Part shown: positions 30,497-39,667 of the stretch, in pieces
Position numbering within the stretch: the first letter of the stretch is position 1
How the letters are laid out: each line of letters starts with the position of its first letter
NCBI GenBank assembly: GCA_963728745.1
Contig: CAVSKY010000006.1
Location: 517,015 to 581,014, forward strand
Direction of reading: 5' to 3'
Length of the DNA: 64,000 nt
Source: an uncultured Chloroflexia bacterium
Lineage (GTDB): Bacteria > Chloroflexota > Limnocylindria > Limnocylindrales > CSP1-4
Program-made: the position numbers and the translations under genes
The notes under the pieces: model-generated
Databases searched by the model: none
Told to the model about the DNA's origin: nothing
Seen by the model: only the letters and a program-made list of their open reading frames with translations

Positions 30497-30515
30497 GCCC
30501 GGGCTGGTGGAGCCC
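30497..30515 (-). terminator. Hairpin CCGGGCT-ggtgg-AGCCCGG downstream of the minus-strand gene 30547..31035, upstream of guaA
   Basis: Inverted repeat seen directly. No U-run. Confidence 0.25.
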
Positions 30516-30546
30516 GGACCGGTCCCGATCGTTGCCGATGGAACGA

Positions 30547-31035
30547 TCAGCCGATCAAGTCGCAGAGGGCCTGATCGACCCGTGCCTGCGCGATCGGGTC
30601 GTCTTGAGGGATGACCTTGGGCGTCGCGAACAGGGTGGAGCCATCCGCAAGGTCGAAGACCAGTCGGCCGACGTCATGGACCACGTTCCCGATATGTCCC
30701 CCATGGATGAACGTGCCCTGCGCGCGCAACGAGCCGCTGGCCGGGGTGAATGTGGCGATCTGATTCGTCTTGTTCGTGAGTGACCCTCCCGGGCCGCTGT
30801 AGGTCGCCGCATAGCGGAAGCGGACGATGTCCCTGATCCACTCGCCCGACCCATCGAAATAGGCGGTCCCGCTGACCTCGACCGTGGCGGCTTCCAAGAT
30901 CCCGCAGTCGTGCTGGACCGTGTACTGGTCGGACCACGCGAATCGCACCGAGCGATCTCCGCCGGCCAGCGCTGGAAGAGCACCGGCCAGCATGACGGCG
31001 GCTGCGATGGTGGTCGACAGGATCGTGCGTCGCAT
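30547..31035 (-). CDS. Secreted hypothetical protein (~162 aa)
   Basis: Signal peptide [26 protein letters not shown]. The ORF-track call (to 31419) carries a 128-aa Arg-rich artefact extension. Confidence 0.5.
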   Translation of the reverse strand: MRRTILSTTIAAAVMLAGALPALAGGDRSVRFAWSDQYTVQHDCGILEAATVEVSGTAYFDGSGEWIRDIVRFRYAATYSGPGGSLTNKTNQIATFTPASGSLRAQGTFIHGGHIGNVVHDVGRLVFDLADGSTLFATPKVIPQDDPIAQARVDQALCDLIG

Positions 31036-31190
31036 CGGATCGTCCTCCGGTTTCGGCTCGCCATGAGCCGTCGATCGGAGCGTCGCCGTTGCCGTCGCCC
31101 TCGTCTGCGGTGCAGGTACCGGGGTCGATCGCCGTACGGCCCCGTGCTGGCACCGTGGCTTCGCGCCACGGCCTGCGCGACCATGCCTGC

Positions 31191-31571
31191 ATGGACCGAC
31201 CCACCGTCCTGATCGTCGACGATCACGCTGGCTTCCGGGAGCACGCGAGCGAGCTCCTGGCGAACGCCGGCTTCGAGATCGTGGCCGAAGCGGCCGACGG
31301 CCGCACGGCGTGCGAGCTGGCCGGGCGGTTCGATCCAACGATCGTCCTGCTGGACGTCCAGCTGCCGGACATCGACGGCTTCGCGGTCTCCCGCGAGATC
31401 GTCGATGGGCCATCCACATCGGTCGTCGTCCTGGTGTCGACCCGGGACGCCGCCGATTACGGAAGGCGGCCGGCGGACTGCGGGGCGGTCGGATTCATCT
31501 CGAAATCCCGGCTCTCGGGCGATACGCTGCGCGCGATCCTCCGAGAGTCGGCCAAGGAGGGATCACGATGA
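31191..31571 (+). CDS. Standalone response-regulator receiver domain protein (CheY-like)
   Basis: MDRPTVLIVDDHAGFRE…IVLLDVQLPDIDG… Start ATG at ~31191 inside the ORF-track call 31089. Confidence 0.75.
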   Translation: MDRPTVLIVDDHAGFREHASELLANAGFEIVAEAADGRTACELAGRFDPTIVLLDVQLPDIDGFAVSREIVDGPSTSVVVLVSTRDAADYGRRPADCGAVGFISKSRLSGDTLRAILRESAKEGSR

Positions 31572-32110
31572 AGACGCTGCGAAGTGACCGGATCACGATC
31601 GGGTTTGTATCGCTCCTCGCCGCCGCGGCGATCCTGAGCGCCTGCACGGCCGGTGCACCTGCCTCCACCTCGGGCGCCACGTCCGCGGCGAGTGGCTCCG
31701 CGATCGCGTTGCCGAGCGGCTTCCCGGTCGGGACATGGACGACGACGATCACAGCCGAGGACCTGGCTGCCGTCAGTGACGAGTCGCTCGCCACGATCGG
31801 CATGTCACGGGACGGTCTCGTCAAGGAGAACACGGGCGTCTTCACGACCACGCTCGGTGCCGACGGCACCTGGTCCACGGTCCAGGACACCGATGCGCAG
31901 GTGAAATGGCCTGTCTTCCGCGGCACGTTCACGTCGGTCGGCGACGACGCGTTCGACCAGGTCACGACGTTCCCGCCAGACTTTGCCGGCGACGTCGTGC
32001 GCTTCACCTGGCGGGCCGAGGGAGAGCGACTCCACCTGACCGTCCCGGATCCGCCGGATCCGATCCTGGGGGTCATCACCGAGGCGCACCCATGGTCGCC
32101 CGTCAAGTGA
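31568..32110 (+). CDS. Lipoprotein, hypothetical
   Basis: MKTLRSDRITIGFVSLLAAAAILSAC lipobox. ATGA overlap with the receiver gene stop. Confidence 0.6.
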   Translation: MKTLRSDRITIGFVSLLAAAAILSACTAGAPASTSGATSAASGSAIALPSGFPVGTWTTTITAEDLAAVSDESLATIGMSRDGLVKENTGVFTTTLGADGTWSTVQDTDAQVKWPVFRGTFTSVGDDAFDQVTTFPPDFAGDVVRFTWRAEGERLHLTVPDPPDPILGVITEAHPWSPVK

Positions 32111-32120
32111 TCGAGGCCGG

Positions 32121-33899
32121 ATGACCGTCGAGCTGGCACGGGCGGGACCGAGGGTCCCGCCCGTCGCTCGTGTGGCCGTCGTCGCGATCGGCGTCGCCTG
32201 GGCGCTCATCGCCGAGGCGATCCGGATCTCGAGCGGATGGTCGCTCGTGTGGGTGCTCGGCGACTTGGTGCCGGGGCTCGCGTTCCTCACCTGTGGGTAC
32301 ATCGCGTGGTCGCGCACGCCGGCCAGTCGGATCGGCCCCTTGATGATCGCCGTCGGGTTCGCCTGGTACGCAGGCACCGCGGCGGCGACCACGATCGACT
32401 CGATCAGCCGGATCGCCCAAGCGCTGCAGGGCTACTACGACGCGTTCCTGGCGTGGCTCATCCTGGCCTATCCGGGCGGTCGGCTCCGCTGGCGCTCGTC
32501 GCTGCTCGTTGTCGGCACCTTCTTCGCGCTGCTCGTGGTCCGCAGCATCTTTCGCTTCGCCATCTTCCCGTCGACCCTGGGCCTCGACGTGACCGACCCG
32601 CTGGCCGTCGATCGATACATCGCCGATGTGACGCTGCGCGAGCAGGGTGACACCCTGTTCCGGGTGCTCATCGCCACCCTCGCCGTGGCCGTGCTCGTGC
32701 TGGTGGTCAGGCGCTGGCGAACGGAGTCGGCAGCAGGCCGGGCGGTGGCCGGACCGATCCTCCTCGGCGGTTTCGGCTTCGCGCTCGCGATCGTCGTCGA
32801 GACGATGACGCTCCTTGGATCATCGAGCTTCGCCGAGCGCTCGTTCGCCTGGGACGTCGGGCAGTGGTCGACGTCGATCACGGGTGCGGTCATCCCGGTG
32901 GCGTTCCTCATCGGCCTCGGCCAGGATCGTCTCGCTCGCGGCCGCGTCGCCGATCTCGTCGTTGGCCTGGGAGGTCAGGAGCCGGTTGCCGGCGACCTCC
33001 AGCAGACGCTGGCGCGGACGCTCGGCGATCCGTCGCTCGTGATCGCCTACCCCGCCGGCGACACAGGACGGTTCGTCGACATCGACGGTGAGCCGGTCGA
33101 CCTGCCCGAGGACGGAGCGAACCGGGCCGTGACCCGCGTCGACCGCGGCGGACGATCGATCGCGGCGCTCATCCATGACCCTGCGCTCAGTCAGCGACCG
33201 GACCTCATGACGTCGGTCGCGGCGGCGACGGGACTGGCCCTGGAGAACCAGCGACTCCAGGCGGAGTTACGCGTCCAGCTCGCCGAGGTCCAGGCGTCGC
33301 GCGCACGGATCGTCGCAGCGGGCGATGCCGAGCGCCGTCGCGTGGAGCGCGACCTGCACGATGGGGCACAGCAGCGGTTCGTGACCCTCGCCCTGGCGCT
33401 CCAGATGGCGCGGACGCGGGTCGGTGATGACGCACCCGACCTCGGCCAGATGCTCGATCGAGCCGGGAGCGAGCTGGAACGCGGCCTGGCGGAGTTGCGC
33501 GAGCTCGCGCGCGGCATCCACCCCACCGTTTTGACAGAAGACGGCCTGGCGGCCGCGATCGGCGTGCTCAGCGAGCGGTCGGCCGTCCCGGTGACGGCGG
33601 TCGTCCCAGACCGGCGGTTCGAGCCCGAGATCGAATCGACTGCCTACTACCTCGTCGCCGAGGCCCTCACCAACGTCGCCAAATACGCTTCGGCGGCGTC
33701 GGCGTCGATCGTCGTCGACCACGAACCGGGCATCCTCCGGGTCGAGGTGCACGACGACGGCCCGGGTGGCGCCGCCGCATCTCCCGGCTCGGGGCTGCAG
33801 GGCCTCGCCGATCGCGTCGCCGCGGTCGGTGGCAAGCTGATGGTCGATAGCCCGCCGGGGGGCGGCACCACGATCCGCGCCGTGATCCCGTGCGAGTAG
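32121..33899 (+). CDS. Sensor histidine kinase, HisKA_3 (NarL/DesK-type) with polytopic N-terminal membrane domain
   Basis: RRRVERDLHDGAQQRFVTLAL H-box; HATPase_c (YYLVAEALTNVAKYA…DDGPGG…GLQGLADRV…GGTT). At least seven TM helices. Confidence 0.85.
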   Translation: MTVELARAGPRVPPVARVAVVAIGVAWALIAEAIRISSGWSLVWVLGDLVPGLAFLTCGYIAWSRTPASRIGPLMIAVGFAWYAGTAAATTIDSISRIAQALQGYYDAFLAWLILAYPGGRLRWRSSLLVVGTFFALLVVRSIFRFAIFPSTLGLDVTDPLAVDRYIADVTLREQGDTLFRVLIATLAVAVLVLVVRRWRTESAAGRAVAGPILLGGFGFALAIVVETMTLLGSSSFAERSFAWDVGQWSTSITGAVIPVAFLIGLGQDRLARGRVADLVVGLGGQEPVAGDLQQTLARTLGDPSLVIAYPAGDTGRFVDIDGEPVDLPEDGANRAVTRVDRGGRSIAALIHDPALSQRPDLMTSVAAATGLALENQRLQAELRVQLAEVQASRARIVAAGDAERRRVERDLHDGAQQRFVTLALALQMARTRVGDDAPDLGQMLDRAGSELERGLAELRELARGIHPTVLTEDGLAAAIGVLSERSAVPVTAVVPDRRFEPEIESTAYYLVAEALTNVAKYASAASASIVVDHEPGILRVEVHDDGPGGAAASPGSGLQGLADRVAAVGGKLMVDSPPGGGTTIRAVIPCE

Positions 33900-34537
33900 T
33901 CCTGGCGGACGACGCCGTCTTCTTCCGCGAGACGCTGGCGACGGCGCTGGCATCGGCCGGGTTCGAGGTCGTGGGTCAGGCCGGAGACGTGGCCGGCCTC
34001 CTGGGCCTGGTCGACGAGGCCGCTCCCGATCTCGCGATCATCGACATCCGGATGCCGCCGACCAACTCGACCGAGGGCCTCGAGGCCGCCTCGCGCATCC
34101 GTGCCGAGCACCCTCGGATCGGACTCCTGATCCTCTCCAACGCCGTCGAGACACGCCACGCGCTGCGGCTCCTTCGCGACGCACCGCAAGGGGTCGGCTA
34201 TCTGCTCAAGGATCGGGTCAGCGATCTCGCCGACTTCGTCGCGGCCGTGCGGCGGGTGGGCAGCGGTGGCTCGGTCGTCGACCCCGAGGTCGTCGCGGCC
34301 CTCCTCGGACGCTCGCGCGGGCGCGGGCCGCTCGACGAGCTGACGCCGCGGGAGCGCAGCGTCCTGGAGTTGATGGCGGAAGGGCGGTCCAACGCCGCGA
34401 TCGCCGAGCGTTTGGCGCTGACCGAAAAGACCGTCGAGGGGAACGTCCGGGTCATCCTCAGCAAGCTCGGACTCGAGCCGGCCGTCGAGGATCACCGCAG
34501 GGTGTTGGCCGTCCTCACCTACCTTCGCGAGGCGTAG
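33890..34537 (+). CDS. LuxR/NarL-family DNA-binding response regulator
   Basis: REC (VVLADD…DLAIIDIRMP) plus a LuxR HTH (LTPRERSVLELMAEGRSNAAIAERLALTEKTVEGNV). Overlaps the kinase stop. Confidence 0.9.
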   Translation: MRVVLADDAVFFRETLATALASAGFEVVGQAGDVAGLLGLVDEAAPDLAIIDIRMPPTNSTEGLEAASRIRAEHPRIGLLILSNAVETRHALRLLRDAPQGVGYLLKDRVSDLADFVAAVRRVGSGGSVVDPEVVAALLGRSRGRGPLDELTPRERSVLELMAEGRSNAAIAERLALTEKTVEGNVRVILSKLGLEPAVEDHRRVLAVLTYLREA

Positions 34538-34751
34538 GTCGCCGGGGTCAGCGGTTCGAGCGAGACGGGCGCCGGCCGCGTCGGTGGCGCTCGACGCCGC
34601 GGAGGTTGGCGGCCGCCACCTCGAGCAGGGCGAAGGCGCTGATGGCGATGATCACCATCCCGACGCTATCCATGGGCGGATGTTGGACGCGCGTCCGCCC
34701 GGCCGAAACCGGGCGAACGTCCTGTCGTGGATGGGACGGATGACGTACCCG

Positions 34752-35282
34752 TCAGGCGGCGGCGGCCGCCTGTCGAGCGACGGTCCGCTTGCGCGCTCCC
34801 GTCGCCGGCCGGGCGTCGGGAACCGGCTTCGCGACCGCCCCCATGACGCGGTGGGCCTGCGGGGTGAAGGTGAACGGCTTCAGGGCGTACCGGGCGGCGA
34901 CGAGCCACCAGCCGATCATCCAGACGAAGAACCCGAATGCGGTCGCGCGATCCGCCTCGAAGATCGACATGCCCGTTGCCGCCAGCAGGGCGCCGAAGCC
35001 CGCGACGGCGATCCCGCCCGTGGCCAGGTAGCCGACGAGTGTGGCCGCCCAGCGCCGGCCGCGGATCAGACCGACGACGGCCACGAGGTGGGCGATGCCT
35101 GCCGCGATCCCGAGCATGGCCGCCCATGTCGCCGCGAGGTGCGGCGTCTGAAACGACGGCGCGACGGCCATCGACATGCCGAGCACGACGAGACCGTTGA
35201 GCAACGTGACGAAGGCCGCGAAGCCGCGCGTCCCGCGGTGGAAGCGGATCGGGTCGTAGGTGCGGGCCGTGGTGGCGGTCAT
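34752..35282 (-). CDS. Hypothetical membrane protein (4 TM)
   Basis: Start MTATTARTYD at ~35282 within the ORF-track call 34752..35432. Confidence 0.45.
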   Translation of the reverse strand: MTATTARTYDPIRFHRGTRGFAAFVTLLNGLVVLGMSMAVAPSFQTPHLAATWAAMLGIAAGIAHLVAVVGLIRGRRWAATLVGYLATGGIAVAGFGALLAATGMSIFEADRATAFGFFVWMIGWWLVAARYALKPFTFTPQAHRVMGAVAKPVPDARPATGARKRTVARQAAAAA

Positions 35283-35385
35283 GCGGTCGGGTCCCTTTCG
35301 GCGCATCGGGTGTCGATGAACCGAGGATGGCCGCTCGCAACGGCGCGCGACATCGACGCCTGCCGCGAATCGGCATGGACGGATG

Positions 35386-35856
35386 TCAACCCCGGGTCGC
35401 GCTCTCCAGCCGCAGTCGCAGGCTCTCGACATCGAGCCGGGCGGCCTGCTCTACCTGCGGGCGAGCCATGCCCTCGAAGAACCGGAGTCGCAGCGGCAGA
35501 CCGATCCGAATCCCCCAGCGGAGCGCCGTGGCGCCGGCTACGCCCGCCGTCGCCGTCGCCGAGATCGACGCCTCGATCTCGATGCTGATGCCGTCGTCGT
35601 CGCGGCCGCGGATGGCGAGCCGCCTGGGCGGCTCCAGGGCGGTGACCTCGGCAGCGAACCGTCCGGCGCGTCCGGCGGCATGCTGCTCGACGACGAGGCG
35701 CTCCCCGATCGTGAGTGGCGCGGCGCTCGTCCGGCGAACGGAGGTGATCCCGCTCGCGATCAGCCAGCCGGGCCAGGCGTCGAGATCGGCGATCGCAGCG
35801 AAGACTTCGTGGGGCGGCCGTTCGATCGTCGACTCGACGGTGACCTCGATCGCCAT
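35386..35856 (-). CDS. SRPBCC (START/Bet v1-like, polyketide cyclase/dehydrase family) protein
   Basis: Size, composition and the EVFAAIADLDAWPGW motif typical of SRPBCC. Confidence 0.6.
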   Translation of the reverse strand: MAIEVTVESTIERPPHEVFAAIADLDAWPGWLIASGITSVRRTSAAPLTIGERLVVEQHAAGRAGRFAAEVTALEPPRRLAIRGRDDDGISIEIEASISATATAGVAGATALRWGIRIGLPLRLRFFEGMARPQVEQAARLDVESLRLRLESATRG

Positions 35857-36116
35857 CAGCCTGACCGCTCGCCGCGGGGCCGCAGGCGGAACGACGGCCC
35901 GCGACCGAGCCGCTCGGCAGGCGTCCCGTAGCGCAGGATCAATCCGCGGATGGCCGACGCGTGATCGGCCGCGTCGAGCGGCTCCGCGACGGCCGTGAAC
36001 CGCCGGTCGCCGACCTCGACATCGACCTCGGGGTCATCGAACAGGTTCAAGGCCCACTGCGCTCGTTCACCTGCCGCGACGAGGATCGATCCATCCGTCT
36101 CGTCGATGTAGCCCAC
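35856..36116 (-). CDS. Deazaflavin-dependent nitroreductase family (DUF385) C-terminal part; conserved N-terminal region lies upstream in-frame without a canonical start codon
   Basis: The ORF-track GTG start gives only 86 aa. Manual in-frame translation upstream gives …GTLTTDDVGDDLFFEGKVARLTTRGRRTGQRRPVAVGYIDETDGSILVAAG…, the DUF385 signature, with no ATG/GTG/TTG up to the stop of the GuaB3-like gene. Confidence 0.5.
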   Translation of the reverse strand: MGYIDETDGSILVAAGERAQWALNLFDDPEVDVEVGDRRFTAVAEPLDAADHASAIRGLILRYGTPAERLGRGPSFRLRPRGERSG

Positions 36117-36211
36117 GGCGACCGGTCGTCGCTGCCCGGTCCGCCGCCCTCGCGTCGTCAGTCTTGCGACCTTGCCTTCGAAGAAGAGGTCGTCCCCGAC
36201 GTCGTCCGTCG

Positions 36212-37402
36212 TCAGCGTGCCCGCTGCCAGGACTTGCCCTCGGTCTGGGTCGATGGCGCGTACACCATCTCGACCCGCTGCATATCGGCGATCGTGCGAG
36301 CGCCGAGCGCCGCCATCGACTGGCGCACGGCGCCGACGAGGTTCTCGCTGCCGTCGCTGACATGGGCCGGGCCGAGCAGGATCCGCTTCAGGCTGCCGGT
36401 CGTCCCGACCTTGATCCGGGTGCCGCGCGGCAGCGTCGGCGACGGGGCCGCCATGCCCCAGTTCGTGCCCCGCCCCGGAGCCCCCTCGGCGCGTGCCAGC
36501 GGCGAGCCGAGCATCAGGACGTCGGCGCCGGCGGCGATCGCCTTTGCCAGCTCCCCACCGCGGCGCATCCCGCCGTCGGCGACGACCGGGACGTATCGGC
36601 CGGTCGCGCTGTGGAATGCGTCGCGGGCCGCCGCAACGTCACTTATCGCGGTCACTTGGGGGACGCCGATGCCCAGGACCTCGCGGGTCGTGCACGCTGC
36701 GCCCGGTCCGACGCCGACGAACACCGCCGCGGCGCCCTGCTCCATCAACGCGAACGCGGCGTCGGCGTTGGTCGTATTACCCACCGCGACCGGGATCGGC
36801 ATGTAGCGCGTGAACTCGGCCAGCGACAGCGGGTCGTACTCGGTGGCGATGTGACGGGCCGACGACACCTGGCTTTGGACAAGGAACAGATCGGCCCCGT
36901 GCTCAGCGCTGAACGGCCCGAAGCGTCGGGCGGCACCGGGCGTCGCTGCCACGGCCGCTCGTGATCCGGCCGCATGGATCGCCTCGATCCGCGCGGCGAT
37001 GAGATCCTCGCGGATCGGCTGCTGGTACGCCTCGGCAAGGAGGTCCTGTACGTCCGCATCGGTGGCGGTCGCGATCCGTTCGAGCACCGCGTCGGGATCG
37101 TCGTAGCGTGTCTGCATACCCTCGAGGTTGAGGACGGCAAGCCCGCCGAGCCGCGCAAGCTCGCCGGCCATCCGCGCGTCCACAACAGCGTCCATCGCCG
37201 AGGCGAGGATCGGGATGGCCAGGTCGATCCCGCAGAACGTCTGGGCGAGATCGACGTCGGATGGCTCGATCGTGTCGGTGCCCGGCGCGAGCGACACGTC
37301 ATCGAACCCGTAGGTGGGCCGGATCGTATCGACCTTCGAGCGAAAGGCGCGTCGTGCGGCCGCCGGACTGCTCGGCTCCGATACGTCGGTCCGGTCGATC
37401 AC
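36212..37402 (-). CDS. IMP dehydrogenase family protein lacking CBS domains (GuaB3-like)
   Basis: TIM-barrel IMPDH/GMPR core (GIDLAIPILASAMDAV…VGVGPGAACTTR…GGMRRGGELAKAIAAGADVLMLGS) without a CBS pair. Confidence 0.8.
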   Translation of the reverse strand: MIDRTDVSEPSSPAAARRAFRSKVDTIRPTYGFDDVSLAPGTDTIEPSDVDLAQTFCGIDLAIPILASAMDAVVDARMAGELARLGGLAVLNLEGMQTRYDDPDAVLERIATATDADVQDLLAEAYQQPIREDLIAARIEAIHAAGSRAAVAATPGAARRFGPFSAEHGADLFLVQSQVSSARHIATEYDPLSLAEFTRYMPIPVAVGNTTNADAAFALMEQGAAAVFVGVGPGAACTTREVLGIGVPQVTAISDVAAARDAFHSATGRYVPVVADGGMRRGGELAKAIAAGADVLMLGSPLARAEGAPGRGTNWGMAAPSPTLPRGTRIKVGTTGSLKRILLGPAHVSDGSENLVGAVRQSMAALGARTIADMQRVEMVYAPSTQTEGKSWQRAR

Positions 37403-37459
37403 GTCGCCCTCCTGTGCCGCCTGCTGGGCCGCCGGTGACCCTGGCCCGAGTCTACCCGG

Positions 37460-37972
37460 TCAAGACCCGCGCGGCTTGCGGTCGCCTTCCAGCGTCAGTT
37501 CGAACCACGCTGCTCGCTCGGGATCGATCAGGTCGTCGCGGATCCGCTCGATCGCCGTCCGATAGCCAGGCCAGACGACCTCCGTGTGCGCGTCTTCGAC
37601 GGCGGTCCAGCGTGCCTCGTCGTGTTCGTGCGAGAGCGTGTGCTTGGCACCCTTTCGGATCCTGACCGCGAAGACGGCGGCCGTCACCACTGCGTCGTAC
37701 GACGGTTCATGGAACTGGTTCACGAGGTCGAGGTCGTAGAACGCCTCGATGTCGGCCGGCCCGAATCCGGTCTCCTCGGCGAGCTCGCGCAGCGCTTCGA
37801 CGCCGATGCGGTCGCCGGGCTCGACCGACCCGGACACGCATTGCCAGAGCCCGGGCAGGATCCGCCCGGGGGCGCGACGCAACAGGAGGATCTCCGTGCT
37901 CGGCACGTCGCGGGCCGACATGACCACGCGGAAGATCCAGCAATCGACCAGGTCGGGGCGGAACGGGCTCAT
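37460..37972 (-). CDS. NUDIX hydrolase
   Basis: Nudix box GSVEPGDRIGVEALRELAEETG. Confidence 0.75.
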   Translation of the reverse strand: MSPFRPDLVDCWIFRVVMSARDVPSTEILLLRRAPGRILPGLWQCVSGSVEPGDRIGVEALRELAEETGFGPADIEAFYDLDLVNQFHEPSYDAVVTAAVFAVRIRKGAKHTLSHEHDEARWTAVEDAHTEVVWPGYRTAIERIRDDLIDPERAAWFELTLEGDRKPRGS

Positions 37973-37982
37973 CGGGCCTCCC

Positions 37983-39230
37983 TCATCGGTGTCCGTTCGC
38001 CATCTTGGGCGCATCGGGGCGGCCGCGGAGGCGAACCATCGCTGCGATCCCGACTGCCGGCCCGAGTGCGAGGACGAGCCAGGCGAGGCGCCAGCCGTCG
38101 GCGCCCGCGGGATCGAGCAAGCCCACCGCCAGGATCGTCACGCTCGTGAGCGTGAACCCGACAGCCGTCTGCAGCGACAGGGCGGAGCCGGCCGTCCCTG
38201 GCGGCGCCAGCTCCGAGACCGCCGAGGAGAACTGCGCCGAATCGGCCACGACCGAGAAGCCCCAGATCAGCGCCACGAATACGACGATCGGGACCGGCGC
38301 CCCGAACAGGATGCCGGCCACGATGGCCGAGATGCCGGACGTGGCCAGGGCGGCGATGGTGGTCGTCGTCCGGCCGATGCGATCAGCGATGGCGCCAGCT
38401 ATGGCCGATCCGAGGCCACCGACCGCGACGACGCCGAACGCTGTCAGGGATGCCGCCGCCGGATCCACGAGGCCGGTTGCGGCGAACGTCGCGAGGAGGA
38501 AGATCGGGATCCAGGTCCACATGGCGAATAGCTCCCACATGTGACCGAAATACCCCAGTGACGCGAGCCGCACGGACGGCTCGCGGAAGGCGGCGGCGGC
38601 GATGGCCGGTGAGAAGCGTGGCGCGGGGACGTCGAGTGGTCCGGTCCGCCCCAGATATCCGACGAGGAGAGCTCCGATGACCGCCGCGACGCTGGCGGCC
38701 ACGACGACCGGCCGCCAGTCGAGCCCCGCATAGACGCCCAGCGCCCGGAACAGGAATGGCAACGCGACACCGACCGTGAGCGCGCCGTTGACGACGCCGA
38801 TGGCCAGTCCGCGATCGCGCTTGAACCAGCCGGCGGCGAGCTTCATCGCCACCGGATAGACGGCGGCCAGCGCGAGGCCAGTGAGGAAGCGGAACGGGAT
38901 GGCCGACCCCGGATCGTTAGCGAGCAGGCCGAAGCCGAGGTTGGCCACGGCCGCGACGATCGCCCCGGCAGCGAACAGCCGCGGTCCGGCGATGACATCG
39001 GGCGCCCCGATCACGGCCAGCCCGATCGCGCCGACCGCGAACCCGAGTTGCACGACGACCGTGAGGAACGGCAGCTCCAGCAAGCCGACGGTCCACTCCT
39101 CGCGCAGGATCGGCGCGACGGCCGCAGCGGCGAACGATGGCGACATCGCGAGCACCATCCCGACCCCGAGGATCGCGAGCTGCCCCCAGCGCTCTTGCGG
39201 TTCGGGCACCCTGTCCGTCGAGTCCACCAC
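37983..39230 (-). CDS. MFS transporter
   Basis: 12-TM MFS fold with the loop motif GWFKRDRGLAIGV. The ORF-track call (to 40085) has a 290-aa Arg-rich artefact extension that runs antisense across darA; likely GTG start at ~39230 (VVDSTDRV), a few nt after the darA stop. Confidence 0.7.
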   Translation of the reverse strand: MVDSTDRVPEPQERWGQLAILGVGMVLAMSPSFAAAAVAPILREEWTVGLLELPFLTVVVQLGFAVGAIGLAVIGAPDVIAGPRLFAAGAIVAAVANLGFGLLANDPGSAIPFRFLTGLALAAVYPVAMKLAAGWFKRDRGLAIGVVNGALTVGVALPFLFRALGVYAGLDWRPVVVAASVAAVIGALLVGYLGRTGPLDVPAPRFSPAIAAAAFREPSVRLASLGYFGHMWELFAMWTWIPIFLLATFAATGLVDPAAASLTAFGVVAVGGLGSAIAGAIADRIGRTTTTIAALATSGISAIVAGILFGAPVPIVVFVALIWGFSVVADSAQFSSAVSELAPPGTAGSALSLQTAVGFTLTSVTILAVGLLDPAGADGWRLAWLVLALGPAVGIAAMVRLRGRPDAPKMANGHR

Positions 39231-39235
39231 CCGCG

Positions 39236-39565
39236 CTAGAGCCGCTCGAACCGGTCGACCGGCACGACGAAGACCGTGGCTCCGCCGACCTCGACCTCGA
39301 GCGGGTACGGCATGAAGAACTCGCCGGGCTCCATGATCGGCGGCATCGGGTTGACCACCTGCGTGCGCGAGGTGCAGTTCTCGCGCACGATCCCGATGAC
39401 CTCCTCGACCTCGGCCTCCTCGACACCGAGGAAGACGGTCGCGTTCGACTGCTTGAGGAAACCGCCCGAGCTCGACACCCGCGTGGCACGGAATTCCTTG
39501 TCGAGCAACGCATCGACGAGCGCCCCGGCATCCTCGTTGTGGACGATCGCGATGACGAGCTTCAT
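39236..39565 (-). CDS. darA: PII-like c-di-AMP receptor protein DarA (DUF970/YaaQ)
   Basis: 109 aa: MKLVIAIVHNEDAGALVDALLDKEFRATRVSSSGGFLKQSNATVFLGVEE…YPLEVEVGGATVFVVPVDRFE. Near-colinear with Bacillus DarA throughout. Confidence 0.85.
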   Translation of the reverse strand: MKLVIAIVHNEDAGALVDALLDKEFRATRVSSSGGFLKQSNATVFLGVEEAEVEEVIGIVRENCTSRTQVVNPMPPIMEPGEFFMPYPLEVEVGGATVFVVPVDRFERL

Positions 39566-39667
39566 CGCGCGGAGTATCGGTGTCCGGCATCCGCGGGGTC
39601 AACGCACCGCCGCACGATTCAGGCGGTGTACGATGCGCCCTCCGAACCCATCGCGTGCAGGAGAGCC

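Noticed and set aside
39137-39667. N-terminal 177 aa of the ORF-track call for the GGDEF gene, and the 290-aa N-terminal extension of the MFS call (39231..40085)
   Set aside because: Both run antisense across darA, are Arg/Pro-rich, and lack the first MFS helix or GAF features. Internal GTG starts with an SD sequence (GGDEF) or adjacency to the darA stop (MFS) fit better.
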